Assembly (NCBI GenBank): GCA_043228905.1
Contig: JBHGNT010000095.1
Span: 28,534 to 92,533 of the forward strand
Source: Azolla caroliniana
Lineage: Eukaryota > Plantae > Polypodiophyta
Reading direction: 5' to 3'
DNA: 64,000 bases
In this document: positions 52,623-64,000 of the stretch, in pieces
Numbering within the stretch: the first letter of the stretch is position 1
How the letters are laid out: each line of letters opens with the position of its first letter
Notes under the pieces: generated by a model
The model's input: only the letters and a program-made list of their open reading frames with translations
Told to the model about the DNA's origin: nothing
Databases searched by the model: none
Program-made: the position numbers and the translations under genes

Positions 52623-52799
52623 GAGGGAACTTTATTGGTATTTTACTAGCTTTTTTTTAGTGTTTTGGATACTAAGTTACATTAAATTTCGAGGTTTTTC
52701 TACTAATTTTAATGAACTTTACCTTTGTTTTCAGGTTTTCAAATGTTCCTTTTTTAAGAATAATTTCATATCATTGTGTCATTGCTTGTTATTTGTAGT

Positions 52800-55700
52800 G
52801 GACCTCATCAAAAGGTTCCATCTTTTAAACTAAAGATTCCCTCCCCAACCAAAAAGCCCGCCGACAACATGAATAAGCAAGAATCTCGAAAAACTTTGAT
52901 GGACTCGACAGGTGACGGTACCTCCAAGTCTTCAGGCGGAAATACAATGAGAACATTAGCCGAAAAGACTAGGGAGCCTCGCTTCAAGAGCTACCCCCAT
53001 GTGGAATGGACGTTTATCTATTCCAAGGAAGAAGGGGATTTGCTCCTCATACTTGCAAAATCCGAAGGTGAAGGAAAGCTTTAAGTGGGAAAGATCTTCA
53101 CCTACAGGCAAATAAAGAACGTTGAATATGAGGACAATCACTCATCGAACATGTTGTTCGATGTTGATAGCTTAGTGGGGTTGCATAGAGTCTGAATTGA
53201 TGAAGGCAATGTCATAATAGACTCCTGCCACCCCAAAGCCTTGAAAAAAGATGTTCAAACAAAAAACAACTTAATTGTCGCTTTGCGCCCATACTTTAAA
53301 GGAGAACTCATGGTCACGCAAGCAAGCACCCCACCGAAGACTGGCGAAAAGAAAAATCAAAACACAAGAAGTAGAAGAAAAGGCAACAACCTGAGGAGGA
53401 TGATCCTGAAGTACTCGAGTTCGTCGAAGATGAGGAGGAAGATACACAACTCGAAGCAATTCCTCTACGTGGTCAGATTGCCTCGGGAACCCTTATCTCC
53501 GAACAAAATCGGATTCGAGAAAATATTGCAAAGACAAAGCTTGTCCCTAAGGGACAACTGTTTCATTTATTGATTTGTTATATTCAGAGGCCGCCAATTG
53601 ATCCAGGAACGGGACGACGAGCTCTAGATATAAGAGAACCGCATTTAGTGCATGTGCAAAATTTGAAAAAGCAAAATGAAGATCAATCCATGTGCTATTG
53701 TTGTGCCATTCTTAGTAATGGTAGACCCAGATTAGTGCCCAACTCTAGAAGACTTCAAGTACAATTCAATAGATGATTACACATACTACGTAATTGGAGG
53801 ATCCCACTCTGTTGAAGCCCGACGTCAACTTGTGAAGGAGTATCCTCTTACCCCCTTCTTCAAGTATGTAGAATGTAAAGTGTATGTTGGACTTACACAT
53901 GAAGAAGCCAAGTTGCTAGCCTGGAACCACAATGATGATAATGACTATAGATAGAAGATGTCATGTATAGAGCGCATTAGGTTCTTTCATCACGAGTACC
54001 TTGATAATTTGCAAAAATTTGGTCCTAGGCTGCATCCTAGATTGCGACGACATTGTCTGCTTGAAGTGGGGATAACAGTTGACGAAAGCACAAAGTCTGA
54101 AGGCCTGAGAAAGTACGATTCATGGTTTCAACTTGCTTTCAAAATAGGGGAGGTATGGGACCTCCAAGATCAAATATTCAGTCAATGGGAATGAAAAGAA
54201 ATAAAGGGTCAACGATCAAAGAAGGCTAAGTTGGACCCTCAAGTGGAGATGACGTCTAAGTCACGTAAAAGTAACTTGGTGATAGAGGAACTCGCGGAGG
54301 ACATGAAGTTGCTTCCTTGGCGGTCATTGCAAGAGATAAAAGATGATAGATTATTAATATCTGTATTATCAAGAGCGGCCGCCTAGGAGTTTAGCTTGGA
54401 TGAAATGGTCACTGAGTTGGTAAAGTGAGTAAGATTCTATGTGATGATTGTTTTTTATTGGATTTCTTTGTTAATTTGCTTTTTATTCTAACCTTTATGT
54501 GTAATGTTTTTGAGCCATAAGGTTTATATGAAGATACAAGAGTTGATGATGAAAAAGTTTTCCTTGCCTACGTGGGAAGAAGTGGAGCAGTCTTGACCAA
54601 AAACATCATCGTACAAGGCTCTTGAAGACTTTTTCATTGTGTTTAGAGAATGGGTATGTGTGTTTAATATCTTCTATAGTTGATATTAGGATAATGCGCA
54701 TTTTCTTATATATCTTATAATTGCAGAAACCACCTCGCTTCAAAATATTTGATAGTAATGAAGGCATTCCAACTGCATTCATCACCCATTCGGAACGAGC
54801 AAAATACGAAAAGGAAATGACGAAAGGAAAGGAGGTAGAGGTGCCCGAAGACTCGGACACAGTAAAAAGTTTTTACACAAGGCTGATCCTTTCCGACAAA
54901 TGTATTATAGTGTATATAATGGTGATGTGGGTAATATGCTTGACATATTACCCAAGAGGCATTATACATTGCTCATCACGGACATACCATATGGATTTTG
55001 AATAACAGTAAGCATATTACCCAAGAGGCATTATACATTGCTCATCACGGACATACCACATGGATTTCGAATAACAGGGTCCACATACGATGATGTGCCA
55101 TATAAATATCCCCAAATAGAAAATATGGTGAAAGACTTTGCAGACCTGACCTTGGCTTCATTATGACGAATAGTAATATTTCATAGTATGGGTCAGGCTT
55201 TATCGGTCACTATTGCACTAAAGTCGAGATGCCATGCCACCGAACACATGCATTGGTAAGCTTTAAGTTGTTATATATTTAATATATGGCTTGTATTGCA
55301 CTTACTATATAGATATTGACTTGTTTCCATTCCATTACAAATAAGGTTAACTCATACCCCGGGAGATCGAATGGTGAGCATTGTGGAGCATTTGTGCGTG
55401 GGGTACTACGATGCAATTTCTAAGAAGAAGGCTCGGGCACATGTGAATGAGCGAAATGTCATAAATTATATCATGTACCCAGCAGTAACGAAGAAGTTGC
55501 ACCACGTTTCTGGTGACAAGTGTCTAGTAAACCCATATCAAAAGCCCCACCGATTAATTAATCGATTGGTCGAGTTGTTCTCCAACCTTGATGATTGGGT
55601 GCTCGACTTATTCTCTGGAATAGGTATTCTCAGAAGTGTGATTAATTTATCTTAAAATAAAATAGAATTTCTCGTCTTTGTTTTCTTACTTACGCATGTA

Positions 55701-56061
55701 TGATCGCTTATTCAGGAACAACGACTGCATTTGCTCTCAAATTGTTCAGGAACTACGTCGCCTTGGAGAAGGATCCCTCCCAAGATAATTTTATTAAAAT
55801 GAGGATCCAAGGTATCTAGGATTTTCCCACCAAGACCAGGAGGTTGGGGCAAAGCATATCAATGAAACGGAGATGTTTCAGTTGACATCTAGAGAACCGA
55901 TGGAACCTATAGACGAAGAAGGAGGGGACCTTGTCGACCTCAAAGATGTACCAAAGTCTAAACAAACACAAGATTCAAGTGAGCTGACAGAACAAGTGGA
56001 TACGACACAACTGCCAGTTGATCTTGGAGAGCAACCTCTTCCAAACCTCCTAATGGAGTGA
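52800..56061 (+). pseudogene. Intron-containing ParB/Srx-like domain + beta-class N6-adenine/N4-cytosine DNA methyltransferase gene, decayed
   Basis: YYVIGGSHSVEA (53784-53819); NGDV..LPKRHYTLLITDIPYG (54918-54995); NPYQKP..L..LVELFS..DDWVLDLFSGI-G|intron|-TTTAFALKLFRNYVALEKDP. In-frame stops and frameshifts. 5' boundary uncertain. Confidence 0.8.
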
Positions 56062-56789
56062 ATTGTATAATACTTTGTATTTGTAACTAAAATATTGTTT
56101 TGAAATATTAAACCTTTTCGTTTGAGTATAATTTCTTTAATCTATCCTATTGTTGTCTCGAACTTTATGTGTCTATCATATGTTTACAAAGGTTGACTTC
56201 TAAAGTATGTGTGGTTAAGTATAATTTCCATTGAATAGATGATTTTAACTTATCGATTGTATGACAAATGTTGGTTATAATTGTTTCTCTATTAATATAA
56301 TTGAATTTAATGTTTATTCTATGATTTATGTTGTCTTTAATCTTGGTAAACTAGTTTCGAGTAAACACAATAACATTAAATTAACGTCGTTGCTCATATG
56401 ATAATGCATTCACGTTGTTCATGTATGATTGGCATATAATGTTCGTAGTTTATTTTTGGCATGCGTGGTATATCGTGAGATATTCGTTTTTCTAGTTATA
56501 TCCCAAAATCCTATTTACAAACTCGACATAACAATCTTTATAAGATTTAGCAACAAATATAGTAACACAATTGCATTTCTAAATTTGTTAAGTTTGATTT
56601 GAATTTAACATTATGTACAATGAAGCATATTACAATTATAGTTGGATGCATTCCCGTCATCTTATCTAAGATTCAAAAAAAATTGTATATGAATTTTCCA
56701 AATATCGATTAAATTTTTAATTTTCAAAATATTAACCACACTTTTTAGTGATGTTTTTAAAAATCATGTGTGCATGCGTGATAGGTTCT

Positions 56790-59352
56790 TGAAGGTTTGT
56801 TCAAAATAGGTAATTCTTGACATCTCACATATTTCTCAATAAGGGAATGTGACATATTATCCGTTTCAAATGTCCCGGTGTTTTCCTTATGATCCGGCTC
56901 GTGCTCTCCTTCCCATCCAGAGGGACATGTTTTCCCGACAAACTCCCCCTTCACTCCGATATGGGGTGCTTCATCAATCCAACCTATCTTCAACACCTTC
57001 GCCAACATGTCCAATCCATTTTCTGTTATGTGGATCTTCATTAGAGCAAAATCCTTTTCTTCTACCCGCTCCCGGTGTCATAGACACCCGGAGCCAATGG
57101 TATCTCCTCTGGATGTGCTTGGTCCTCGAGTGGTAGGTTTCATTCTTCGCAAGGTGAATGTCATTTTGGTTGTTGCAGTAAAGTCAGAATTCTTCTTGCC
57201 GAATCCCCAACTCTCCGATGAACTCCTTCATCTAGATTATCTCCTCGCCGGCTTCCGATGCGGCCATGTACTCCGCTTCCATGGTTGAGAAAGCCACGAC
57301 CTTTTGTAGCCTCGACTACCACAGGACGGATCCCCCTGCATATGTCATCGCATATCCGGATGTGGACCGGTTGGTATCCACATCAGACGGCATGTCTGAG
57401 TCAGTAAATCCTTCTAAAAGGGGTTTACCTAAGCCGAATTGGAGGCCCATGCTCGAGGTGCCTTTCAGGTACAGGAGTATCCACTTGACCATTGCCCAAT
57501 TCTCTTTGCTAGGATTGCTCATGAATCGGCTGACGACTCCGACAACATATCCGATGTCTGGTCTGGTACACACCATTGCATACATCAGGCTTTTGACCAC
57601 TGAGGCATAGGGTACCTTCGTCATCAGAACTTTCTCGGACTTTGTCTTCAGACTTTTGTCTCCTGAACAACTTACAGATTGTCAGAAGTGTCGAACCGAC
57701 TGGTTTCGCATTGTCTATGTAGAATCTATGGAGCACCTTTGTCACGTATTTTTCTTGTGACAACCACAACAACTTCTTTGTCTTGTCCTTGAAAATGTGC
57801 ATTCCCAGGATTTGTTTTGTGGACCCATATCCTTCATTGCGAATGCCTTGCTCAAGGCCTTCTTCAAGCTTCCGATTTTCCTCGAGTCCTACTGGACAAT
57901 CAGCATGTTGTCGACATATAGCAAAAGGATGAGGAAGTCTGCTCCGTCATATCTCTTCACAAAGATGCAATGGTAGGCCTGCGTTTTCTAGAAGTCATGT
58001 TCTACCATGAAGGATTCGAACTTCCGATACCACTGCCGAGGCGCAATCTTCAATCTATTCAGACTCTTCTTCAATTGGCATACGAAGTCTTCCTTTCCTT
58101 TCTCTTTCCTTTCCTTTCCTTTCCTTTCTGGTTGCTGCATGTATATTTCCTCTTCAAGATCACCATGCAGGAACACCATCTTGACATCCAACTGTTTGAC
58201 TTCAAGGTCCATGTTGGCCACTATGCTCAGCATTGTTCGGATGGATGTCATCTTCACTATCGGGGTAAATATCTTGTCAAAATCTCACTCCTTTCTTTTG
58301 TTGAAAGCCCTTCACAACAATTCACGCTTTGTATCTGGCTGGATTTCTGCCACGGTTTCAACTTATACATCCACTTGTTCCGGAGTACCCTCTTTCTTTT
58401 CGGCAACTTCATCAGCTCGTATGTGAGGTTCTCATGCAAGGAATCCATGTCGTCCTACATGGCACTTCGCCACTCTCTATTGTGGGTGTCCCTCTTTGCT
58501 TCCTTAAAGCTTTCTAGCTCCCCTTCATCGGGAAGAGCACACATTCTTCATTGGGGAATCTTCGGAGGGCTCTTCTCTCTCTTAGGGGATATATTTTGCC
58601 TTCATTCGACGCAGTCGGCTCCAGTTCGACTTCTTCTATCGACTCTTCATCCGAGTCGGATTTGGATCCAAGTTTGGTCGACTAACTTCATTTGACTAGT
58701 TCCCTTGTTCCTCCGTCGGCTCTTGACTTTGTTGATTATCTACTCAACCAACTGGTTCGTATCCGACTCCCGATCGGCCTCCAACCGATCCGACTCCCAG
58801 TCCGAATTTGGTCGACTCTCCTCATTCTTCAGTCGGTGCTCGACTTCCGACTAGTCAGGAGTATGTACATATTTGACTTCTCTTTCTCCTAGTCGACAAT
58901 TGTCTTTTCTTCCATAAAGACAATGTCTCGGTTCCGAATCACTTTCTTCTCGGCTAAGTCCTATAGCCAATAGCCAAATTCTTCTTTGTTGTAGCCGAGA
59001 AATATGCATTGTCGGCTCTTGGGATTGATTTTCCCTCTCTTATCCTTACCTATATGCTCATAGGCCAGGCAACCGAACACTCTCAAATGCCGGTATGACA
59101 CATCCTTCCCCGCCCACACCCTTTGTGGGATATCACCTTCTAAAGGGACTAAGGGAGACCTATTTATCACATAGACAACCATCTTCAAAGCCTCGGCTCA
59201 GTAGGTTTTTGGCATCCTTGCATGTGCTAGCATACGTCGAACCCTCTCCATCACAGTCTATTTCATCCTTTCGGCCATACCGTTTAGCTCCGGAGTCTTC
59301 GGCACAATGTATACTAGTCGGATTCCTTGAGCTCGACAATATTCCTCAAACT
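56790..59352 (-). mobile_element. Tnt1/Tork-like copia, copy 1 (partial 3' LTR, PPT, RH, RT, part of IN)
   Basis: PPT (rc aactcccccttcactcc) at 56941; VCTRPDIGY, QLDVKMVFLHGDLEEEIYM, HLRVFGCLAY. Interrupted within integrase at 59353. Confidence 0.9.
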
Positions 59353-61489
59353 TGTAGGAAATAGCGTGGAATACTACTCGGCCACAACCGAGTCTTAGAT
59401 CGCTCCTTTTAAGGATCAAACACAGAAATGGGAATAGAGATGAATACTCGTACACCAAAAAGAAAGTACAGATGATGTTTACGTGGAAAACCCTAATAGG
59501 GAAAAACCACAGGAGCACACAGACTCTGAACTATCACTATATGAGAAGGGTACAATCAGAGACTTGGAGGCAACGCCCTCGAGCTCTGTTTCTTCGCCAA
59601 GAACTGGTTACAACAGAGTATCGCTCGATATCTCCTCTCTCTCTCCCTCTCTCCCTCTCTCTCTTTGTTACTCTCTATACAACAATTATGCACATACAAC
59701 AATATGACAACATACTTATAAAGTGATTGCCCTAAGTCATATTTATACTTATATGAACTTTGGGCTATTTACAAATATAGCCTCAATAGGCTTACTCAAA
59801 ACATATTTACAAATATGTCTTCTCTTCCGATTCTCACCAGGTCCTCTTCATCCATAACCGGATCCCATTCGGAGGGACCGATTTCCCAACAATCTCCCCC
59901 TTCACTCCGGCATGGGATGTCTCACCAGCCCGATCCACTTTCGGCAGGTGTCCAGCTTGTCGGTTGTCAACACCTTGGTTAGCATATCCGACCCGTTCTC
60001 CTCCATGTGGATCTTCGTCAACACGAAATATTGATCTTCTACTCTCTCCCGGATCCAGTGGTACCTCCGTTGGATATGTTTCATCCAGGAATGGTAGGCC
60101 GCATTCTTTGCAAGGTGGATGGCACTTTCACTGTCGCAGTAGAGTCAGTATTCCTCCTGTTGGATCCCTAGCTCTCCGATGAAGTCCTTCATCCAGATTA
60201 TCTCCTTGTCGGCTTCTACAACTACCATGTACTCCGCCTCCGTGGTTGACAACGCAACTGTCTTCTGCACCCTCAACTGCCATGATACGACTCCCCCTGC
60301 ATAAGTGATGACATATCCAGATGTAGACTGGTTGGCATCTGCATCAGCCGACATATCCGAACCCGTGAATCCATCAAGTTGAGGATTACCGGAGCCGAAC
60401 CGGAGGCACATACTTGAGGTGCCTTTAAGATACCGGAGTATCCACTTGACCACGTTCTAGTGCTCTTTTCCGGGATTGCTCATGAACCGGCACACCACTC
60501 CCACTGCATATCCGATATCCGGTTGGGTTCATACCATCGCTTACATCAAACTTCCGACGACAGAGGTATATGGTATCTTCATCATATCCATCTTCTCCGC
60601 CTTTGTCCTCGGACTTTGTTTTCCGGATAGCTTGGAGTTTGTAGGAAGTGTCGATCCGACCGGTTTCGCCTCCGACATGTTGAACCGTTGAAGCACATTT
60701 GTCACATACTTCTCCTGTGACAACCACAACAGTTTCTTCAACCGGTCCTAGATGATGTGCATTCCCAATATCAGTCTTGCCGTACCCAAGTCTTTCATTG
60801 AGAAGTTATGGTTTAGAGCCTTCTTCAGCATCTAAATCTTGCCTTGGTCTCGTCGGATGATCAACATATCATCCACATATAGGAGGAGTATCAGGAAATC
60901 TCCTCCGTCAAATTTCTTCACAAACACGCAGTGATTGGCCTACGTCTTGTGGTACCCTTGGTCGGTCATGAAGGAGTCGAACTTCCGGTACCATTGTCAG
61001 GGGGCTTGCCTCAATCCGTATAAGCTCTTCTTCAGTCGGCACACCAGGTGCTCCTTCCATTTCTTCAAAAATCCTTCCGGTTGATGCATGTAGATCTCTT
61101 CTTCGAGGTCACCATGTAGGAACGCCATCTTGACGTCCAATTGCTCTACCTCAAGGTCCATGCTTGCCGTTATGCCCAATACCGTCCGGATGGATGTCAT
61201 CTTTACTACTGGGGAAAAAATCTCATTGAAGTCTACTCCTTTCTTCTGCTGGAAGCCCTTCACCATGATTCGAGCCTTATACCTTGGTGGATTTCCGGCA
61301 TCTCCCGGTTTCAGCTTGTACACCCACTTGTTTCGGAGTGCTCTCTTCCCTTTCGGCAACTCCGTCAGTTCATATGTGTGGTTCTCATGCAGGGAATCCA
61401 TCTCGTCCTACATTGCACACAACCACTTGCGGCTGTGGGTGTCTCTCTTTGCTTCTTCGAAGCTTTCCAGCTCCCCCTCATCGGTTAGG
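59353..61489 (-). mobile_element. Same copia family, copy 2 (3' LTR 59353-59891, PPT, RH, RT)
   Basis: LTR tgtagg...ccaaca, PPT at 59892, RT/RH ORF fragments. Interrupted at LTDEGE. Confidence 0.9.
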
Positions 61490-61775
61490 TGACGTGAAAT
61501 ATGCGAAATATTACTCGGCCACAACCGAGTCTCAGATCGTGTCGTTTCGAATTGAACACCGAGACTGGGAATGGAGGTGAATACACGTACACACATACAA
61601 TATGAGAGAGGGTACACAGTATGTTTACGTGGAAAACCCTAAATGGGAAAAACCACGGGAGTTCAAAAACTCCAACTATCACTATGTCGAGAGGAATACA
61701 ACAGGTGAACACAAAGGCAACTACCTCTTGCTCACAATCTTTGCCTGGCGGCAGTTACAACAGAGACTCACTCTG

Positions 61776-61810
<35 letters not shown>

Positions 61811-63979
61811 ATGTACAATAGTTACACTCAATAACTCTATACAACAAATAATGACAACACTTACATAACATGTTTGCCCTAGGTCATATTTATACTAATA
61901 TGACTTTCAGGCTATTTACAAATATAGCCCCATTGGGCTCTCAGAAACAGATTTACAAATATGTCCCTCCATCCGGTGAGCGGTCCTCACCGGGTCTGCA
62001 TCATCCAACTCTTGTTGGGTCTGCATCATCCGACTCTTGTCGGGTCTTCACCATCCAGTTCTCACTGGGCCTTCCTTACCAGGTACTCATCATCCAGTTC
62101 TCACCGGGTGGGTCTTCCTTACCGAGTAACTCATATCCCATCCAGAGGGACCAAAATCCTAACAAACTCCCCCTTCACTCCGGCATGGGATGCCTCGTCA
62201 ATCCGATCCTCTTCCTACATGCATCTAGCTTGTCGGGTGTCAACACTTTGGTCAGCATATTCGACTCGTTCTCCTCCGTGTGGATCTTCATCAGCATGAA
62301 CTCTCGATCTTCAACTCACTCCGAAGTCTAGTGGTACCTGCGTTGGATGTGCTTTGTCCTGTAATGATAGGCAACGTTCTTTGCAAGGTGGATGGCACTC
62401 TAATTGTCGCAGTAGAGCCAATATTCCTCTTGCCGAATCCCTAGCTCACCGATGAAGTCCTTCATCCACAGTATTTCCTTGCCGGCTTCCATAGCTGTCA
62501 TGTACACCGCTTCCGTGGTTGACAACGCAACCGTCTTCTGCAGCCTCAATTGCCACGAAACAGCTCCCCCTGCATATGTCATAACATATCCCGATGTTGA
62601 CCGACTGGTATCTGCATCAGCCGACATATTTGAATCGGTGAAACCGTCAAGTTGGGGTTTACCGGAGCCAAATCGGAGACACATACTTGAGGTGCCTTTC
62701 AAGTACCAGAGTACCCATTTTACCGCATTCCAGTGCTCCTTGTCGGGATTGCTCATAAACTGGCTCACCACTCCGACTGCATATCCAATATCCAGTCGGG
62801 TACACACCATTGCGTACATTAAGCTCCTGACGGTAGAGGCATATGGTATCTTCATCATATTCGCCTTCTCTGCCTTTGTCTTCGGGCTTTGCTTACCGAA
62901 TAACCTACAGTTTGTTGGGAGTGTCGATCTGGCTTGTTTCGCATTTGACATGTTGAACCGCTGAAGCACCTTTGTCACGTACTTCTCTTGTGACAACCAC
63001 AATTGCTTCGTTGACCGGTCTCGGATGATATGCATCCCCAATATCTGTCTTGTCGGACCCAAGTCTTTCATTGAGAAGGTTCGGTTAAGGGCCTTCTTCA
63101 GCATCCAAATCTTTGCTTGGTCCTGTTTGACGATCAACATGTCATCCACATATAGGAGCAATATCAGGAAGTCTCCTCCGTCGAATTTTTTCACAAATAC
63201 GCAGTGATCGGCCTGCGTCTTGTGGTACCCTTGATCGGTCATGAAGGAGTCGAACTTTCGGTACCATTGCCGAGGAGCCTGCTTCAAACCGTAGAGGCTC
63301 TTCTTCAACCGGCAAACTAGGTGCTCCTTCCCTTTCTTCACAAATCCCTCTGGTTGCTGCATGTATATCTCCTCTTCGAGGTCGTCGTGGAGGAACGCCA
63401 TCTTCACGTCTAATTGCTCTACCTCGAGGTCCATGATTGCCGCTATGCTCAACACCGTCCGAATGGAAGTCATCTTTACTACCGGGGTGAATATCTCGTC
63501 GAAGTCCACGCCCTTCTTCTGCTAGAACCCCTTCACCACGATCTTGGCTTTGTATCTCGGGGGGTTACCATCATCTCCCGATTTCAGCTTGTACACCCAC
63601 TTGTTTCGAAGTGCCCGCATTCCTTTCGGCAACTCCACCAATTCATACGTGTGGTTCTCATGTAGAGAATCCATCTCGTCCTGCATGGCACTCAACCACT
63701 TGCGGCTATGGGTGTCATCCTTCGCTTCTTCGAAGCTTTCTGGCTCCCCCTCATCAGTCAGCAACACATGCTCTGCATCCGGAAATCTCTGGGGGCTCTT
63801 CTTTCCTAGAGAGGATATCTCCGTCCTCAGTATTCGGTAACCAACTCCTGTGTCTATTCTTCATCCGAATCCGATTCGGGGTCTTGGCCGGTTCCGGTTT
63901 CAGCTTCCTCTCCTTCTGCCGGTTCGGTATCCTCACTGTAACCGGCCGGTTCTTCGAGTGTCAACCGGCTCTTAGCCGG
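61490..63979 (-). mobile_element. Same copia family, copy 3 (3' LTR 61490-62164, PPT, RH, RT)
   Basis: LTR homologous to 59353-59891. A 369-aa RT/RH ORF at 62400-63509 contains LYVDDML. Confidence 0.92.
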
Positions 63980-64000
63980 TGTCGTGAAGTACGAAAGCTT
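63980..64000 (-). mobile_element. Possible terminus of a fourth nested LTR
   Basis: tgtcgtgaagtacgaaa resembles the LTR end tgacgtgaaatatgcgaaa at 61490. Only 21 bp are visible. Confidence 0.4.

Noticed and set aside
52508-52800. CACTACA...TGTAGTG as a complete mini-CACTA element
   Set aside because: Only 7-bp TIRs, the 3-bp flanks differ (att vs gac), and the right end coincides with a probable splice acceptor.

Overview
Repeat-rich eukaryotic DNA from a land plant. The retroelement types and CT/GA-rich LTRs suggest a non-seed plant such as a fern (inference). One apparently intact host gene is present: a 5-coding-exon PX + Rubicon-homology (DUF4206/zf-RING_9) protein of about 1271 aa at 8668-23086 (+), with a 10-kb intron holding a young Ty1/copia. 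The rest is mostly retroelements: a three-layer nest (RTE-like LINE > copia > Tcn1-like chromovirus), a decayed near-full-length L1-like LINE, a tRNA-derived SINE, and serially nested copies of one copia family at the right end. The most unusual element is a decayed, intron-containing gene at about 52800-56061. It encodes a ParB/Srx-like domain fused to a prokaryote-type beta-class N6A/N4C DNA methyltransferase and lies downstream of a nested-palindrome structure. The chromovirus also shows a self-priming PBS, a -1 frameshift signal and tRNA-like LTR ends. All domain calls are by-eye motif recognition; no searches were run. Boundaries of decayed elements are approximate.
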